From assembly GCA_973895155.1 (NCBI GenBank), contig OZ316891.1:10355875-10419874 (forward strand): a stretch of DNA of 64,000 bases. Direction: 5' to 3'. Position numbers and translations under genes: made by a program. Under the pieces are notes generated by a model that did not search any database, was not told the DNA's origin, and saw only the letters and a list, made by a program, of their open reading frames with translations. This document shows positions 1 to 19,325 of the stretch, piece by piece. This stretch comes from Marsupella aquatica. Lineage: Eukaryota; Plantae; Marchantiophyta. How positions within the stretch are numbered: the stretch's first letter is position 1; every line of letters begins with the position of its first letter.

Positions 1-5628
<5,628 letters not shown>

Positions 5629-7559
5629 GGACTTTTCTCACTAGACAACAGCAGCCGTTTTCTGTCTTGTCTTGGGTATGGGAAGGGTCATTTCAAATTG
5701 GGATCATCGAAGCCTTCACGCCGGAGACAAAAAACAAGTCCTCAATAATAAGCTTTATACCTTCAAGCGTCGGGTCCAATGTTGGCCACGCAGTCGCCTG
5801 TATTGCATCTATCCGATCACGATCCGCACAAAGGCTTTCCAAGACTAACGATCACAATTTTTTCTCTCAGCATATCACGATCCCCTCAAAGTTCTCCAGG
5901 ACGTCATCACCCGGCTAAGGTTCCTGTCCGAAGGGAAATTCTATCAATTTAGGGACATTCAGAGGTTGGATCGAGTCCGTGGTAGGGACAGTCACGCGTC
6001 TGCACTAAATCCGTTTGTTACTCGTCCTGAAGCACTAAATATGACTTGTACTCAGAATTCTTGAAGCACATCAAGAGCACTACTCTGAGTCTAATCTTCG
6101 CTGCGACCCTATCCAAGAAAAACTGCAAACTCGGAGAGGAACTTCGGAGTTGTTAAACAAGCACTCCAATCGTTACACAATAATCCGAACCAGATCTTAA
6201 CGGTCGCTCAGACGGTAACCTCCACTCCAATCAGGACTTTTTGCGCGTCTCTAACATAATTATTCTAATCAGTGAAAGGGGCTGCCGACGGGGGTGAGGC
6301 CAAGAAAACGCAACCATCTCTGGGGTTCAAGAAGAGGAACGCCAGAGACTTCACGAGAAAGATATCAGGACTCAGAGTACCGGTGTACTCTTTGTGAATC
6401 CCGGACTGACTCTGCAATTTGCACTGGCTACTGCAAGGTGTCGGTTATATGTATGAACGCAATTCAGATAGGATTGCTGTCGAGCCTAGAAGGCAAGAAC
6501 ACCCACCGCAACCTGCGCAAGCTGGTTTCCACACGCAACACGACATCAGAAGACGGGTTTTCGGTTTATCAGCGCTGAGAAAAACCTTTGCTGCGGTTTT
6601 ATCCAGTATTTTGAGTTTGGGCTGCGTTTCTTTTATTGCGATTGCTTGGGTCCTTGGGTTTGCAGTTTATTTGCGCGGGCTCTCTTGTTCTTTCTTCTTA
6701 CAGTGCTCTCACAAACATCTTACCTTTTTATGGTCCTTGCTTTTATAATGAGATTCGTCCATCAAGACAAGTATATCAGAAACAGAGTGCAAGAAAGGCT
6801 GTATACTTGACTCCATTTTCTTACGACTTCGACAATTTCCTACTACCAGTGTCCACCCCGATCCAATTTCGAGAATGCAAAAGTCAGGAAACGCACACCA
6901 TATGATAACGAGGATGGAAAATCCATCAGAGAAAAACAACAGACCCAACAGACCTCTGTTGTCAGGGTCGCGATTACAACTTCGACATCCGTGCATCACT
7001 GCATGAAGCCTTTAGATGCTCTAGTGTCAAGGTTTGAAACATAGAATGATACTGAAGACTTATTTCAACATCGAAACATCCAATCCATTGGGTATTTTGC
7101 TGTCTACAGTACCCTCAAAACTCGTCCAAGGCTGTGAATAGAGCGAACAATTTGCTGATTTCTTACAACATTCGAGAAGAATTTTTGTTTTGCTTTCAAC
7201 TAGGTAGTAATGTAATCTATCTGGCCACTGACAGATTTTGCAAGAACTGCATTAGCTATGACTGTTTCCGTCGAAGGAATCATGTATTCTACTTAGAGCA
7301 ATTTTTCTTTCCACGTCTGCAAAAACACTTTTACAGGTATACCTTCAATAATTAGTTAAGCTCCATTGTCACTTAATTGCTTTGGTTAAGGGAAATAATC
7401 GAGAGAAGTTTTATAGGGATAACTTCAATAATCAATTTTTGCTACAATACTTTTGGATTGTTTCATTTAACCAAAAACTGGAGGCTACAAAAAACTCGAA
7501 AGTAAACTGACATAGCTGCATCATACTTTCTTTTGTTTACACTGATTAAAAATCGAGAG

Positions 7560-8072
7560 TCACAAACTGTTCAAAGACTGCAATGCGATCCGAACTGCTA
7601 AGCATTGTAACTTTTTATTCATAGCCAGGAGCAGTCGCTGGTGGGCTTTGGCTTTAGACCACCGCTGGCGGGGTGAAGTTCTGTTGTTGCTCTCATCAGG
7701 GTCGCTTGACTCGCCTCTCGATCCATTGACTTCACTCTCCACTTCTTCAACACCAGTGATTGTGCTGTTTCGATCGTTTGACGGGCTGCTTGTTGGGGCA
7801 GTCTCCTCCATTTTCGTCAGGATTCCTTCATTGTCTGTTTTGGTGGACTCTTTCTCACAAAGAGTAGATGCTGCCACATTACTCCGTATTGCTAATCCAC
7901 ATTCCTCGGTGTTAGCGATTGATTTATCTGTCATTGTTTCTGAATTTGGCATCTCTTCACGTCCTCCCAACCACACTCGGTACCCACCTTTGGGAGCCTC
8001 CTCTGGACTATATACTTTATTCATACAACCATCTGTTTCAATTGGATGGAATCCTTGATTCTTCTCATGCAT
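7560..8072 (-). CDS. Acidic/Ser-Thr-rich ORF of unknown function, possibly an exon or an upstream part of the kinase locus
   Basis: 170-aa ORF with disordered-protein composition on the same strand as the kinase; no recognisable domain and no splice model built. Confidence 0.3.
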   Translation of the reverse strand: MHEKNQGFHPIETDGCMNKVYSPEEAPKGGYRVWLGGREEMPNSETMTDKSIANTEECGLAIRSNVAASTLCEKESTKTDNEGILTKMEETAPTSSPSNDRNSTITGVEEVESEVNGSRGESSDPDESNNRTSPRQRWSKAKAHQRLLLAMNKKLQCLAVRIALQSLNSL

Positions 8073-9671
8073 TCAAATTGTTGCATAGGCTGCCAGCGAG
8101 CATGCCTTCCTCTAGGAATTGATTTTAATAAGAGAGAGCCATGCGCGCCTTCACTGCTGCTAGGTGACCAAATTGATACTCCTCATTGGTAACTGTCAAT
8201 TTGTAATGTCGTCAAATCTCATTATCTCTACCGCTTCAGGACACCACCATAATTAAACAAGCCCGAACGGATGGATATGAATTCAGTTCCAGGATCTTAC
8301 AGGTCAGTAGGTTGAATAGCTCCCGGAAGGTTAATGGCCTGCATGTTGTCATAGTTGGCAGTGTGTGAAGCTGGTTATAATAAATCTGTATGATATCAAT
8401 GGCTATATGTGTACGGTATTGTAAACAAGGAAACATCCAGAAATTAATTGTGTGTTTATTACCAATTTCCACATCTCTCAAACGAAGTGGTAGGGAAAAA
8501 AAGATCCTAGTTTGCAAGTTATCAAAGCTTTGACTGATCTCGAAAAACACCTGTCATGCTCGATCTCCTGTATATATACACAGTCGAGTTGAAAGCCAAA
8601 AGAATTTAAAAAGGCATCGAGATGACATCAGGAGCTAGGAGTGATATCTCTCCAGGAGCTGTGATAGCAAACGTCAAAAGGAACGGTTGCTCTCAAGCTT
8701 GCCTCAAAGGCACTTCGCATTACAAAAATCTCAGAATTCGGCTTATTTACGAGATATCCTGAGCAACGACTGAATGCCATGCCCTGTGTGCGTGGGACAG
8801 TCCCTTAATAGTGTCGAACCATGGAAAGCAACACAAGCGACAACACCACAATAGCTAAATTGAAGAAGTGAAATTGTTGTCAAGTCATGGAATGCAAGTA
8901 ATACCCCACACCAGCTAGAAGTGAAATTTCTTTCGGACACTCTCCACAGCTGATGCGACATTTGAGCTCTTGCTCTGCCACTTTATATACCTACGGTATA
9001 TATGCATGCCCTCCTAGCATGAAGGAAATGCAAAAGAGAGATGCATGCCGGTCTTGACAATTCAGTACTTCCGCAGAATTCGCTAAGGAGAAAAATCTTT
9101 CTATGTACAAACAAGGTGCACCGAGTCCCTATTACCTAAAATATGAAACACTTCACCCAAATTTCATAAAAATGAGAAAACGATCATCGGTGCATGTGAC
9201 GTTCATTGCTACTCGCTCCGTTTTCATATACTGAGGATCAAAGAATTTTCGAATCACCCAGCTAGCTCAATTCGTTCTCTCACTTATCTCCAAGACAGCA
9301 GTCAAACAATACGTTGTCAAGCAATTCACATGTGTTGGAATTTAAGCGGATAGGATTGTATGTCTTGTTTAGCTATGCCAGTAGTAGATGATGCTTGCAT
9401 GCACCTTGAAGCTCATAGATAAGTCAGGAAGTCAAACTTCAATTTAATTGCCTGCAAATCATCCCATGTACTTCAACAGGCGTCTGTGACTCACTGAACT
9501 GCCTCAATGTGTAGATTACCCGCACAATAGTAGTTGAGCTCGCTGCTGAACTGGCTCAAGAGTTTCTCTTGCGCTTGGCAGCCCTGCGTAACGTGTTACA
9601 TCCAGGGCTCTTCCACTTTCCCGGCACCTCATTTTGGTATTCCCGATGGTTTTGTGGAGCATAATTGAGCT

Positions 9672-11192
9672 TCACGGGAGGCATGCAAATCTTCTCACCA
9701 GAGAAGTTGACTTCGTGCCCCACACAATGAGTCGGATTCTAGTTCCGCCAAAGTGCGCACGAATCCTCAACCGAGGCTGTCTGCCCTGTCTACCCATCTT
9801 GGGAACGGAAATGATGCAGGTGGCCTCCTTGGTTACACCTTGTCAAGCACGAATTTCGGATTCCTTTCTGGAGAGGAGTGCAAAGCGATCTCAATGTTTC
9901 CATCGTCGGGATATCCTTGTCGGTATAACGGGCACGTGTTGTACTCCACCACCGAATCAAACGGAACTTCCTCTCCTCGTCGAATAAGCGCCTGGAAAAC
10001 GTGGTCGCAATGTTTCTGCTTGGTGTCCTCCTGGTACACCAGATATTCGGCCGGATGTACCGCTTCGTCGAATGGCACGGTGGTGTAGAATGCATAGGTT
10101 CTCTTCGCAATCCTGGACTTGACAAAGCTCTCCCATTCACCGACCATTCCCAAAGCAACAGCCCCCCGAACCACTGCAGTGTCGGGGTTACGAGGAAAGA
10201 CGATCTTGGATATGTTCTCTTGCGCAGGACCGTCAGCAGGTGTGGGGGAGAACTCTTCTATGATCCTCTTCCTCACATTGGACCTCTCACGTTGGACCTC
10301 TCACGTTGGACCTCTCACGTTGGACCTCCTTGTGCATCCAATCCTCTTGTGGGTAACCAGATCTGTCGTCCCACCACCCAAGTCGACAACCACAAACGTA
10401 TTTCCATGGTACAGCGACTTTAATGTATTGTGGCTGTATATGCTGGCTGCTTCAGGCTCTAAAACCACGATCAGATCATGAAAACTGGCAGTGTAATCCG
10501 TGCACGAGGGACCGCGGACAAGCCCTGCCAACTCTGCAGAATCTTCCATTACTTGCCTGTGAGAATCCTCCCACAAGGCTGGAACAGTAAGACACCACTG
10601 AATATCTCGTTTGTCTACGTTTCTCCCATGTTTCCGCCCCAGCTCATGCAGAATGTGAGCGCTCATTCCTCTCAGAAAATCTGTAATAACCTTGAGCACA
10701 TGCAGGCCCTTCGGCAGGTCCACCAATGTCTTGTTATAGAGCCATAGCTTGAAGTAATCGATCAAATATCCATGCTCCTTAGGCAGCCTTAGCTCTTGAG
10801 CTCTCTCAGAAGTCCGCTTCGAACTCAAGCTAGACTGAGATTGCTCGGTGGCAAGTTCCCTATTAATATTCTTTGCCTGATCTTGAACAAGCTTCTTGTA
10901 TTGCACATAAGCTTCCCATCCCCATGCTTTGAACTCATAATTGTTTGGCTGGGTCCCTGGCATGTACCACACACAGGTCTTTGTCTTGAAAATTTTTCCT
11001 CCTACTGCAGCTTCCTGACTCGGCCAATCCGTGATGAGATGCACCATCTTATATATCAATCTCGAGGAATCCAGGTTCCAAGAGCGGTGACTCTGTATAA
11101 GCAGCTTTGGAAAAAGTTGTGCCAAAGTCTATGGCGACCACGAACCTTGGATCCTCCTCACGTTGTACAGCCCTACGTTTGGGGGCCATCAT
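9672..11192 (-). pseudogene. Intronless HSPA12-type (Hsp70-12-like) pseudogene
   Basis: ATG at 11192 gives MMAPKRRAVQREEDPRFVVAIDFGTTFS, then a frameshift in an AT run near 11050. It continues with DWP..KTKT, WGWEA, WCLTVPALW, VLEPEAAS and VVVDLGGGTTDL. A large internal deletion with repeat filler and a stop lies near 10300, followed by IVFPRNPDTAVVRGAVALG. A second frameshift near 9835 precedes GVTKEATC...AHFGGTRI. Confidence 0.85.
10272..10328. repeat. 14-bp tandem repeat (TTGGACCTCTCACG) x~4 at the Hsp70 deletion junction
   Basis: Read directly. Three extra copies (42 bp) keep the frame but introduce a TGA at 10301-10303. Confidence 0.9.
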
Positions 11193-13261
11193 CCACCTAG
11201 CTTGCGATACGTAGAAGGGCCGAGTCAAAATGTTACGTCTCTAGCTTGGGGACAGAAAGACAAATATTTCCACCTGTAGCTGCTGAACTTAGCAAGGTTG
11301 AAGTTTCACTGACGTCGGTGTATGCTCTCGAACGTGCTTAGACGGACTCACATCCACATAACAGTCAGCCTTTCCGTCTCATATGCAGTGTTTGTTTCAA
11401 GTGCATGGCAAGAAATCTGACAGAACACCAGTCCAGAGTCTGGAGTCTGGATCTAAGTGCACGGCGAATAACCCAGAAAACTTGTCCAGAACTGGGGAAT
11501 TCATGATTTAGTGACCCTTTCAAATATCAGTACCAGTCGAAGATCAACGGGTGGCCTACTTAGGTACTTCAGCGCCGATTGTAGACAATCCCATCTTCTA
11601 TCATCTTTCATTAATTTCGTTTGAGTGCCTCCCTTCGTCAAGTGTGCGTAAACATGTGACATAATTATGGTACAAGTACTGACGGAGACTTGCCCAGTGG
11701 AGTAGTTAAGTACTCGGCACTGTCATTTTCTCGGAGAGATGGCTCGTTGGATGCGAAGGTCAATCTTCCCGACATATATTTGGTACAGGTTTGAGTACTG
11801 TACTTCTACGGGTCCATGACTACTCTACGCCTAAACAAGTCCTCCTTCGGAATTGAAATTGAATTTGAGAGCTAGCTCGGATTCTACCTTCGTTGATCGC
11901 CATTCTCTGAGGGGAGATGAAGATCCAGTGAGAAGTTTCAAAGCTCGCTTTCGGAAGGAAGAAAAGAGAGACCGAATTACGACTACCTGACTCAAACATG
12001 AGCTCAGCGTGAAGAGGGTCTGAACGAACTCAAGGAATCCAAACACAATCCTTGAACTCTTGGGATCTCAGACCTCTTGTATTCACATCTATTCCAATGT
12101 AGCTACCCTCAGGCCAGGATCCCCAGAATTTACTTCTGCATTAGATCATACCCAGTCAGAATATATTCAAGAGTAATAGAAGCTTTTAATGGAACGAGAC
12201 CATCATGCTACCAAAAGTAAGCTACCTTCTACAAGGCACTAGATCTACATCAAGCCGCTTTGAATGAGATTGTCGAGGTCTTCCAGAGCTTTCAGCTCAA
12301 ACAAGGTCAGCGGCCGAGATATGCATGTTAGACGACTTTACAAAACCGAGGTACGCATGTTAGACGACTTTACTTTTGTGTAAAGTCGTCATACTAACTA
12401 TCACACTAGCATATCCTTCATTAGTATACCATCGCCCCATTTTCGAGCACTTTTTAACTAAATTTCTGATTATTCAGCTGCGAAATTGGATATAGCGAAA
12501 TGGACCACGTGACTGAACAAGACGATCCAGATGGGCCGTTACACTGGTGACACCCAAGAACCAACTCCGCTGTGCGAAAGGCGCTGCTTGGATGGAAATC
12601 AATGAATAATCTCGTGCTGCCTTCGTTAGTCGTTGCTTTGCACCGCAGCCAAGAGACTCCCAGTACGAGAATAGGCGAGAAAGCACTGCATGCTCGTTGC
12701 ATTGTTTTGAGAAATTTCCTTCCTTTGATTGATCGAAAGCTCCTTCGAGTGTCTCAAGAAAGATCTGGGATGGAATTTTTTCCTCCAAAGCTCCTCAGTG
12801 ACTATGATTGCTCATTTGAACGTGATTGCTTTCCAATTTTCTTTGCAGGCCTTGTGAAATAAACTGCCGCTTTGGTATGAGAAATTGTTTACGTTTCTTT
12901 ATACTCCTGCAAATCAAATGAACATAACACAATCGCAATCAGAGGTCCAGAATAAATTGTGTGAAGAGATAGTTCCAGGCCTCCTCAGTTCACCTGTCTA
13001 AATGGTGAGATCACAGAACTGTGAATCCCCTTGACCTGATACCAGATCGGGATACAAATTCCAATTTGGTATACCAGATACCAGATTCCAATATTGGAAG
13101 CCAAGCAGGGGATCTTTGCCTGAACCAGATAAGCCCAGTTGTTCCCCTGTTATTAGCATGTTATTAGCATGTTATTAGCATGTTATTAGCATACAGAGTG
13201 GGAAGCCAACGTTAGGATTTTGTTGCCATTGATGCATGCCACTATTGAATGTATATATATA

Positions 13262-13595
13262 CTAGGGTATACCCTAATTTGATATACCCTAACTCCCAAA
13301 AGTTATGAAATACACAATTCATAGTCCATAATTTTTTTCCATAAGGATTGGTCTTGTGCCTTAGCCATTAGTCAAAACAGTCTTGTGCAAAAGTTATGGC
13401 CTATTCATTATGACCAAATGCCATCATCCCTAATTGTCAAGCTTTGAGACACCCTACCAAAGTCCTGTTTCCAAGCATAGTGCACCGTAATGCTCCAGTC
13501 CTATTTTCCCATTCCATTCACTTATTTCCCCGTCTCTACCATTTGGGAAAAAAATACTATTCATTATGAAATATGGATACTAAGAGTACCCCTAG
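13262..13595. mobile_element. Putative MITE/non-autonomous DNA element
   Basis: Ends CTAGGGTATACCCTAA... and ...TAAGAGTACCCCTAG form an imperfect inverted repeat. The internal part (~13316-13458) is homologous, in inverted orientation, to ~27597-27765. No clear TSD. Confidence 0.4.
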
Positions 13596-16500
13596 CAGCA
13601 TATTGTTTAGGTGCAAACTTGCGATACCTAGCATTATTGTTTAGGTGCAAACTTGCGATACCTACCAGTGTATCGCGAAGCTGTAAATCCTTGGCCAATT
13701 CCACATAAATCCTGGTTGATCAAAAATCTGAGTAAAAAGAAAAAAATACAAGGAGGGGATGATTTTTTTTTAAATAATAACGATTTTACTTACCATTTTG
13801 ATTTTTTGTAAATTGAGAATAAAACATTGAAACAATATATTCACATTACATTTGGCTATAACCAGATGGATAAGTACATGTTTAATATTAAAGGGTAGTT
13901 AAGTAACTACCCCGAGAACTACCCTTAATATGAGTAACTGCCTAAGGTCTCCTAGACCCTACAAGACCAAATCTGCAACTCCCCCACTCATGCTCCTCGC
14001 TCCCGGCTATCTCCATAGACTCCTATCCTGCAGGGACAATCCTGCTGCAGCAACCCGTCTAGCTGCCGCCAGTGCTGAGACGGGGAATTGAGTTGACCAA
14101 GCACGGACTGATGAAGAGAGCAGCTTGCGAAGATTTTAGGGGTCCATGGATTAATTGACCATAAACAATGTTCTAGGAATAGGACCTTAATACACTCAAA
14201 GCCCTAGGAGATTTTTTGTTTTTACCAATTACTATTAGTAAAAGTAGCGAGGGGAGAATTTTCATAATGAGCTGATCCCAAAACTGGACTCTGCCTTCTT
14301 TTCTAGAAATGCCCTGACAATTACAAAGACAAAAATCAGGAAGAGCATGAAGCTGGTGAAAATTATCGTTCATCATCATTGGCTTTCATGAAAATAGCTT
14401 ACTGAGTATCCGTCCTTGCCAAAGGTCCCCAGGACTTGAAAATAATATCTAGGTTAAAGCTAACTGCCTCACGCGAGGCATTATCCTAAGTAAAGCCCAA
14501 GGTGCTTTTTCTTTCTCCTATCTGTATCAAAGTAATTTGTTTTTACGGGTCTAGTTAGAGACTCTTGTAATTGTGAAAATTCTGTGAAAAATCCACATCA
14601 TCCCATAAATTCTAAACCATTGGATCCATCTAATTGAACCATCTAGATTCTTTTCATGTGTGAGCACTTGTGTGAACACTCATGTGGGACAAAAGTGAAT
14701 ACTTGATTCTCAGCCATTGGATGTTTCTAATTGGAGCATCTAGATTTCTTGTTTGTGGGAACATTTGTGTATTCCTTGCATGTGGGGACACTTGTATGCA
14801 GAATCATGTGGGACAAAAGTGAGAACCCGTGTTAGATTGTATTAGAATATTAGATCATGTCATACCAAAAAATAGATGCATGTCCCTCATTTTTCTTAAC
14901 CATGTCATAATGGAATGAGGGTACAAAATAAGGAAAAAAAAAGTCAATCCTAGCCCTTTATCAAAAATGGATTTTCTAGGTACCATCAGATCCGCCTAGA
15001 CTCTCCTCAAACCTCAAATGTCTGTCACAATGCCTGCTCGCATCTGCCCAAAACAAAAATTAAAAGAAATTTTGGAAATTTTGGAAAAATCTGAATATCT
15101 AGACTATTATTTAAATATACATATTAACAGTCACCTACAAATAAAATAAAATAAAATAAAATAAATCAAAAAACACTCCCTCATATTGCGTGACCATACA
15201 TGGACACCCGCCGCACGTGCCCATGCACAAACCTTTTCTCTCCCCAATAGCAACACTTTCACAACAATAATCTCGAGAGCCTTACGCCCAGGGGGTCTCA
15301 TATCACACACAAAATTTTGGGGCAACAACACATTAAACATAAGTAAAAATTTTAATCAATCATTTTTGTTAACCACTAATTCTTTTGACTTTTCAGAATC
15401 TTCTTATTCAGAAATTGATTAAAACAGCCCTAGTGTTCGTCCACAAAAATTTATTAGTCTTTCACAAAATCCAATAAAAAAACCTTTTACTTATTCATGC
15501 ATTATGGGTCGGAAGAAAATAAGTGAGGACCGCGGACAACAACAACAATGAACAAACTGATAACAATGTTACAACACTAACAACCCAACCAAAATGAGGA
15601 GACTTTTGCACTATCATGGTTGTTTTCCAAATTTTGACTTTTTTCATGCCAACAAAAGACTGTGAAGCAAAACACGGAAGGGGTCAAAGAGACTGGAAAA
15701 AAAGAGGGGCAATGATCAAGGAGAAAGTGGGAGGCACATGGATGGGAAGACACGGCCTTCAAAGCTCAATGGATGAGAAAAGGGGAACGCAATGATAATT
15801 TTTATGCAACACATTCTTTTACATACCTATATCTTTTATTCCACTGTAACATACTTTGCATAACAGCATACTTTCTGCAATGATATATTTTGTACATCTT
15901 TTGCACAAGGACATCTTTTATGCAATATCATCTTTTATGTAATGTCATCTTAAGGGTAATGACATCTTTTACACTAGAACATCTTCAATTTGCATAACAA
16001 TATCTTTGGTGTAATGCACAGGTATTGAGCTAGTTTTGCATTACAACCAATCACCCAAAACTTCAAATATGTCCTGAAGAGCCCTTAATGGCTGATGATA
16101 GGCCCGATGATAGGAATTATATAACATTACCAAAACTAAACCTCAACTAATATTTTACCCTCAAGTCCTTGCAACACTCAATGGTTCCACCATTGGATCA
16201 TTCCAACTAGCTAGCCAGGGTTACTTTGGTTAATCAAAAGTGCAAATAGTGGGATTACAATGACTTAACATAAAATAGTGACAAAGTATCCAATTCCATT
16301 CTTTTTGGTGCCCCTGAAGCCTGTAGTTGATCTAAGGATGCACTACACAACAAGGGCACATGAGAACCTTCAAATCAGGTTGGACTTATCTACAGTATTT
16401 GTAGTAGTGTTACATGTTTGGGATAGGCTCCTTCTTGGGCTTCTTGAGGGATGAGGGTATGAAAAAATTCAAATGATGTGTTAGTTGGCTTTAAGTTACA

Positions 16501-16639
16501 ACTTGTTGGATGTCCTTGTGTGCAACTCTTCAGAACTTTTCTTAGGAGGACTCTAAGTGGATTGCAGGAGTGTGATTCCCCACCAATCAAGCAAAACTTG
16601 CTTATGCACTGAAGCTGACTAAGCCAACTTCATCATTTA

Positions 16640-17600
16640 GATCATTTTTGTGCTTTTTAAATTCATTTGTATTGCAATGGATAGAAATAACTCCAAGTTT
16701 ATCACTTACAGAATAGACATGGTGGTCTATTTTAATAAAATCTTAGTAAGTACCAATGAAGGTAAAAGTTAAGAATAAGGCAAACGCAAAGCTAGTCAAT
16801 GATTAGTTTTCCACTGAACACACATATTGTGACACAAATGCCTTCTAAGCAAATTTACCTAAGCCAACCTTAAGCCAAGTTGACACAGGCAGATCAGACC
16901 TGAGCTGACCTCAACTGAGCCAATCTGACCAGAAAAAACCTTGTCTAAGCCAAGTTGACCTTTGCCAACCTAATCTATCTAAGGTAACTTCAAAATTCTT
17001 ACCAACGTTGTGCATTTTTTATTTCATTTCTATTGGATAAAAAAGGTATGAGTTTACTATCTAATAGTATAGACATAGCCGTATACTCTGGTAAAAGCTG
17101 AGTACCATTGGAACTTGAAGTTGAGACATCAAAATGTACATTCAAAGATATATAAAATAGACAAAGCGGGAGACAAAGATAGCCAATGATCAGTTTGTCA
17201 TACTATACACAACTCGCTTCTTAGGGTGATTTACCTAAGATGATTTCACTTAAGCTGCTTTATCTAAGGTGACCTTAAGTTGACCTGACCCCAGCCGACC
17301 TTACCTAAGCCAAATTGACATTTTCTGATGTTATATATGTTGAATTCAACACTTAGAGCAGGGTCCAGCATTTTTTACTTTCATTTGTACTTGATTTAAA
17401 AGTTGAAAGTTTTAGAGCTCATAGAATAGACATGGTGACCATATACTGTGGCAAAATCTTAGTACCAATGGAGCATGGGGTCAAGAATAAAAAATAGGCA
17501 AAGATAGCCCACATTTGTCTGATTAGTATGCCACATAAGACATAATTAAATGCCTTCTAAGCTGATTTGACCCAGGCAGATCTGACCTAGGAGGACCTAA
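16640..17600. repeat. Degenerate ~360-bp tandem repeat x3
   Basis: The blocks CATTTTTT..TTCATTT, TAGACATRG, AGTACCAATGG, GCAAAGATAG and CCTAAGCCAA recur at ~16643, ~17013 and ~17368. Confidence 0.65.
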
Positions 17601-19325
17601 AGAAAAACAGTATTCATTATAGGAGTGCTTGCTCTCTTGTTTATTTGGGTTTGAGTGGTCCTCACCCTCTTTCCCCCTTTATTCCTCAAAAAAAAAACAA
17701 TTCAATCAATCTACAAATCAATGTGGCATGGAAGAACTAGAAATAAATTAAACCTCATAACTCTTTCCATGATAGGTGAAGGGTTGTGAAATGAATGTCT
17801 TTTCGCATATGAATGGACATCCTTATTGCTAGTTGTGTTGAGATACATGTGTTGAGGAACCAGGGTACAACGCACAATCTATCATTATTGACTTAAAGAA
17901 GTTTGGTTCACCCTGTTTAGGGTGCGTCCTTGACCAAAAGGAAAAATTGACTAAATATATTAACACCATACATTGGCCATAGCTTGACAAATCACATGCT
18001 GAGCTCCATAACACTATACTCTTCTCTCTCTCCACTCTCCAACTCTTCACCATTGATATCTAGTGTGGGCACAATGAAGTGTTCCTCCAAGGTATAGGCC
18101 CTCCCCACTAGTCTAACCTTAGCAGCACTAATTCATGGTAAAGTACATTGTGTTAGGAGAGTTAACCTATTTAACCACTTGGTTGAGTTAAGTATCAACA
18201 AGTTGTTAACCCTTGCTACTCTCAACAATGTTGTTATGGATGGGGCACTTGTAAAAGAACCCTACATCCTAATTCTCCCTCCCCCACCTTCCCTTATCAC
18301 ATCAAACAACTTTCCTTTTGGTAGAGTCCAATTGAGAGAAAAGTGGTTGGAAATTTAAAGCTCAATGATGTTACTAAACAATTCACAACTAGATCCACAT
18401 ACTGGTTTGATAATATATGAATGCAGAACATAACGACAGGGCAACCCAGAAAAAGGGAGTCAGGCAGTCAGCCCAAGAGAGCAACAAGACCCGCAGGACA
18501 CATCCAGTAACTACCCAGTAACCAGAGGAGGCAAGGAGGCAAAGAAGCCCTAATTTGTTAAAGAGCAAGGTTGTGGCCTTTATGACACTCGAGCCTTACA
18601 TGTGGCACTAGAGCATATGCCTCTTAATTGGTTGAGAAATCCCAGCCCTCCGTTGCCTTGAACTTTCCATCCAATCTAGATCTATCTCGAAACAGTCTAA
18701 ATTAGCTTATGCTTGGAAGCACAATCATTAGTCCCATTTGTCAAGCTTTTAATCTCAATCACTGCCTTGTTCCCTACAAACTGATAAATCCTTAGAAAGG
18801 CTCGAGTCAACTATAATTTCCTCTAGATAATTGGGAAACTACCCTGTCTAATAGATAAGTATACTAGGTGCAAGAGGTAGGTGCCCAACTTACTCCCCAA
18901 CTTAATTATACGAGGACTAGCCCAATGCCCGTGTATTTTGGACAGAAGAAGGAATCATCCAAACATTCTGACATGGGCCAATAGAATAAAACTGACATTT
19001 GCTATTCTAGACTCTTAATTGAGAATGCTTGAATTCCTAGAGTACTAGGGCTCTCCGGCAATTTGACATAATGTATACTAGGACTAGATGTCGGCCAGTT
19101 AGAAGAGGCTATGGATATCTTTGACGATGGATTCATTGAGGACCATCACATGTGAGATGGTGAAGTAGACTTAAGCTAAGCTTCAGGACTTCAGATGTAT
19201 GGCGTGTCATTGAAGGTGTTGGCTAACATGAAAGAAATCAACAAATGAAAGAGACCATGATTGAAGACAACTGACCTGACTTGTTGAAAAACGCTACTTG
19301 AAGATTACAACTTGTAAACTGACTC

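Noticed and set aside
9634-11200. Plus-strand ORFs over the Hsp70 region (and likewise over the kinase and ankyrin genes)
   Set aside because: Antisense shadows of the real minus-strand coding sequences.
11830-12862. Cluster of 70-104 aa ORFs
   Set aside because: No recognisable motif or consistent splice model.
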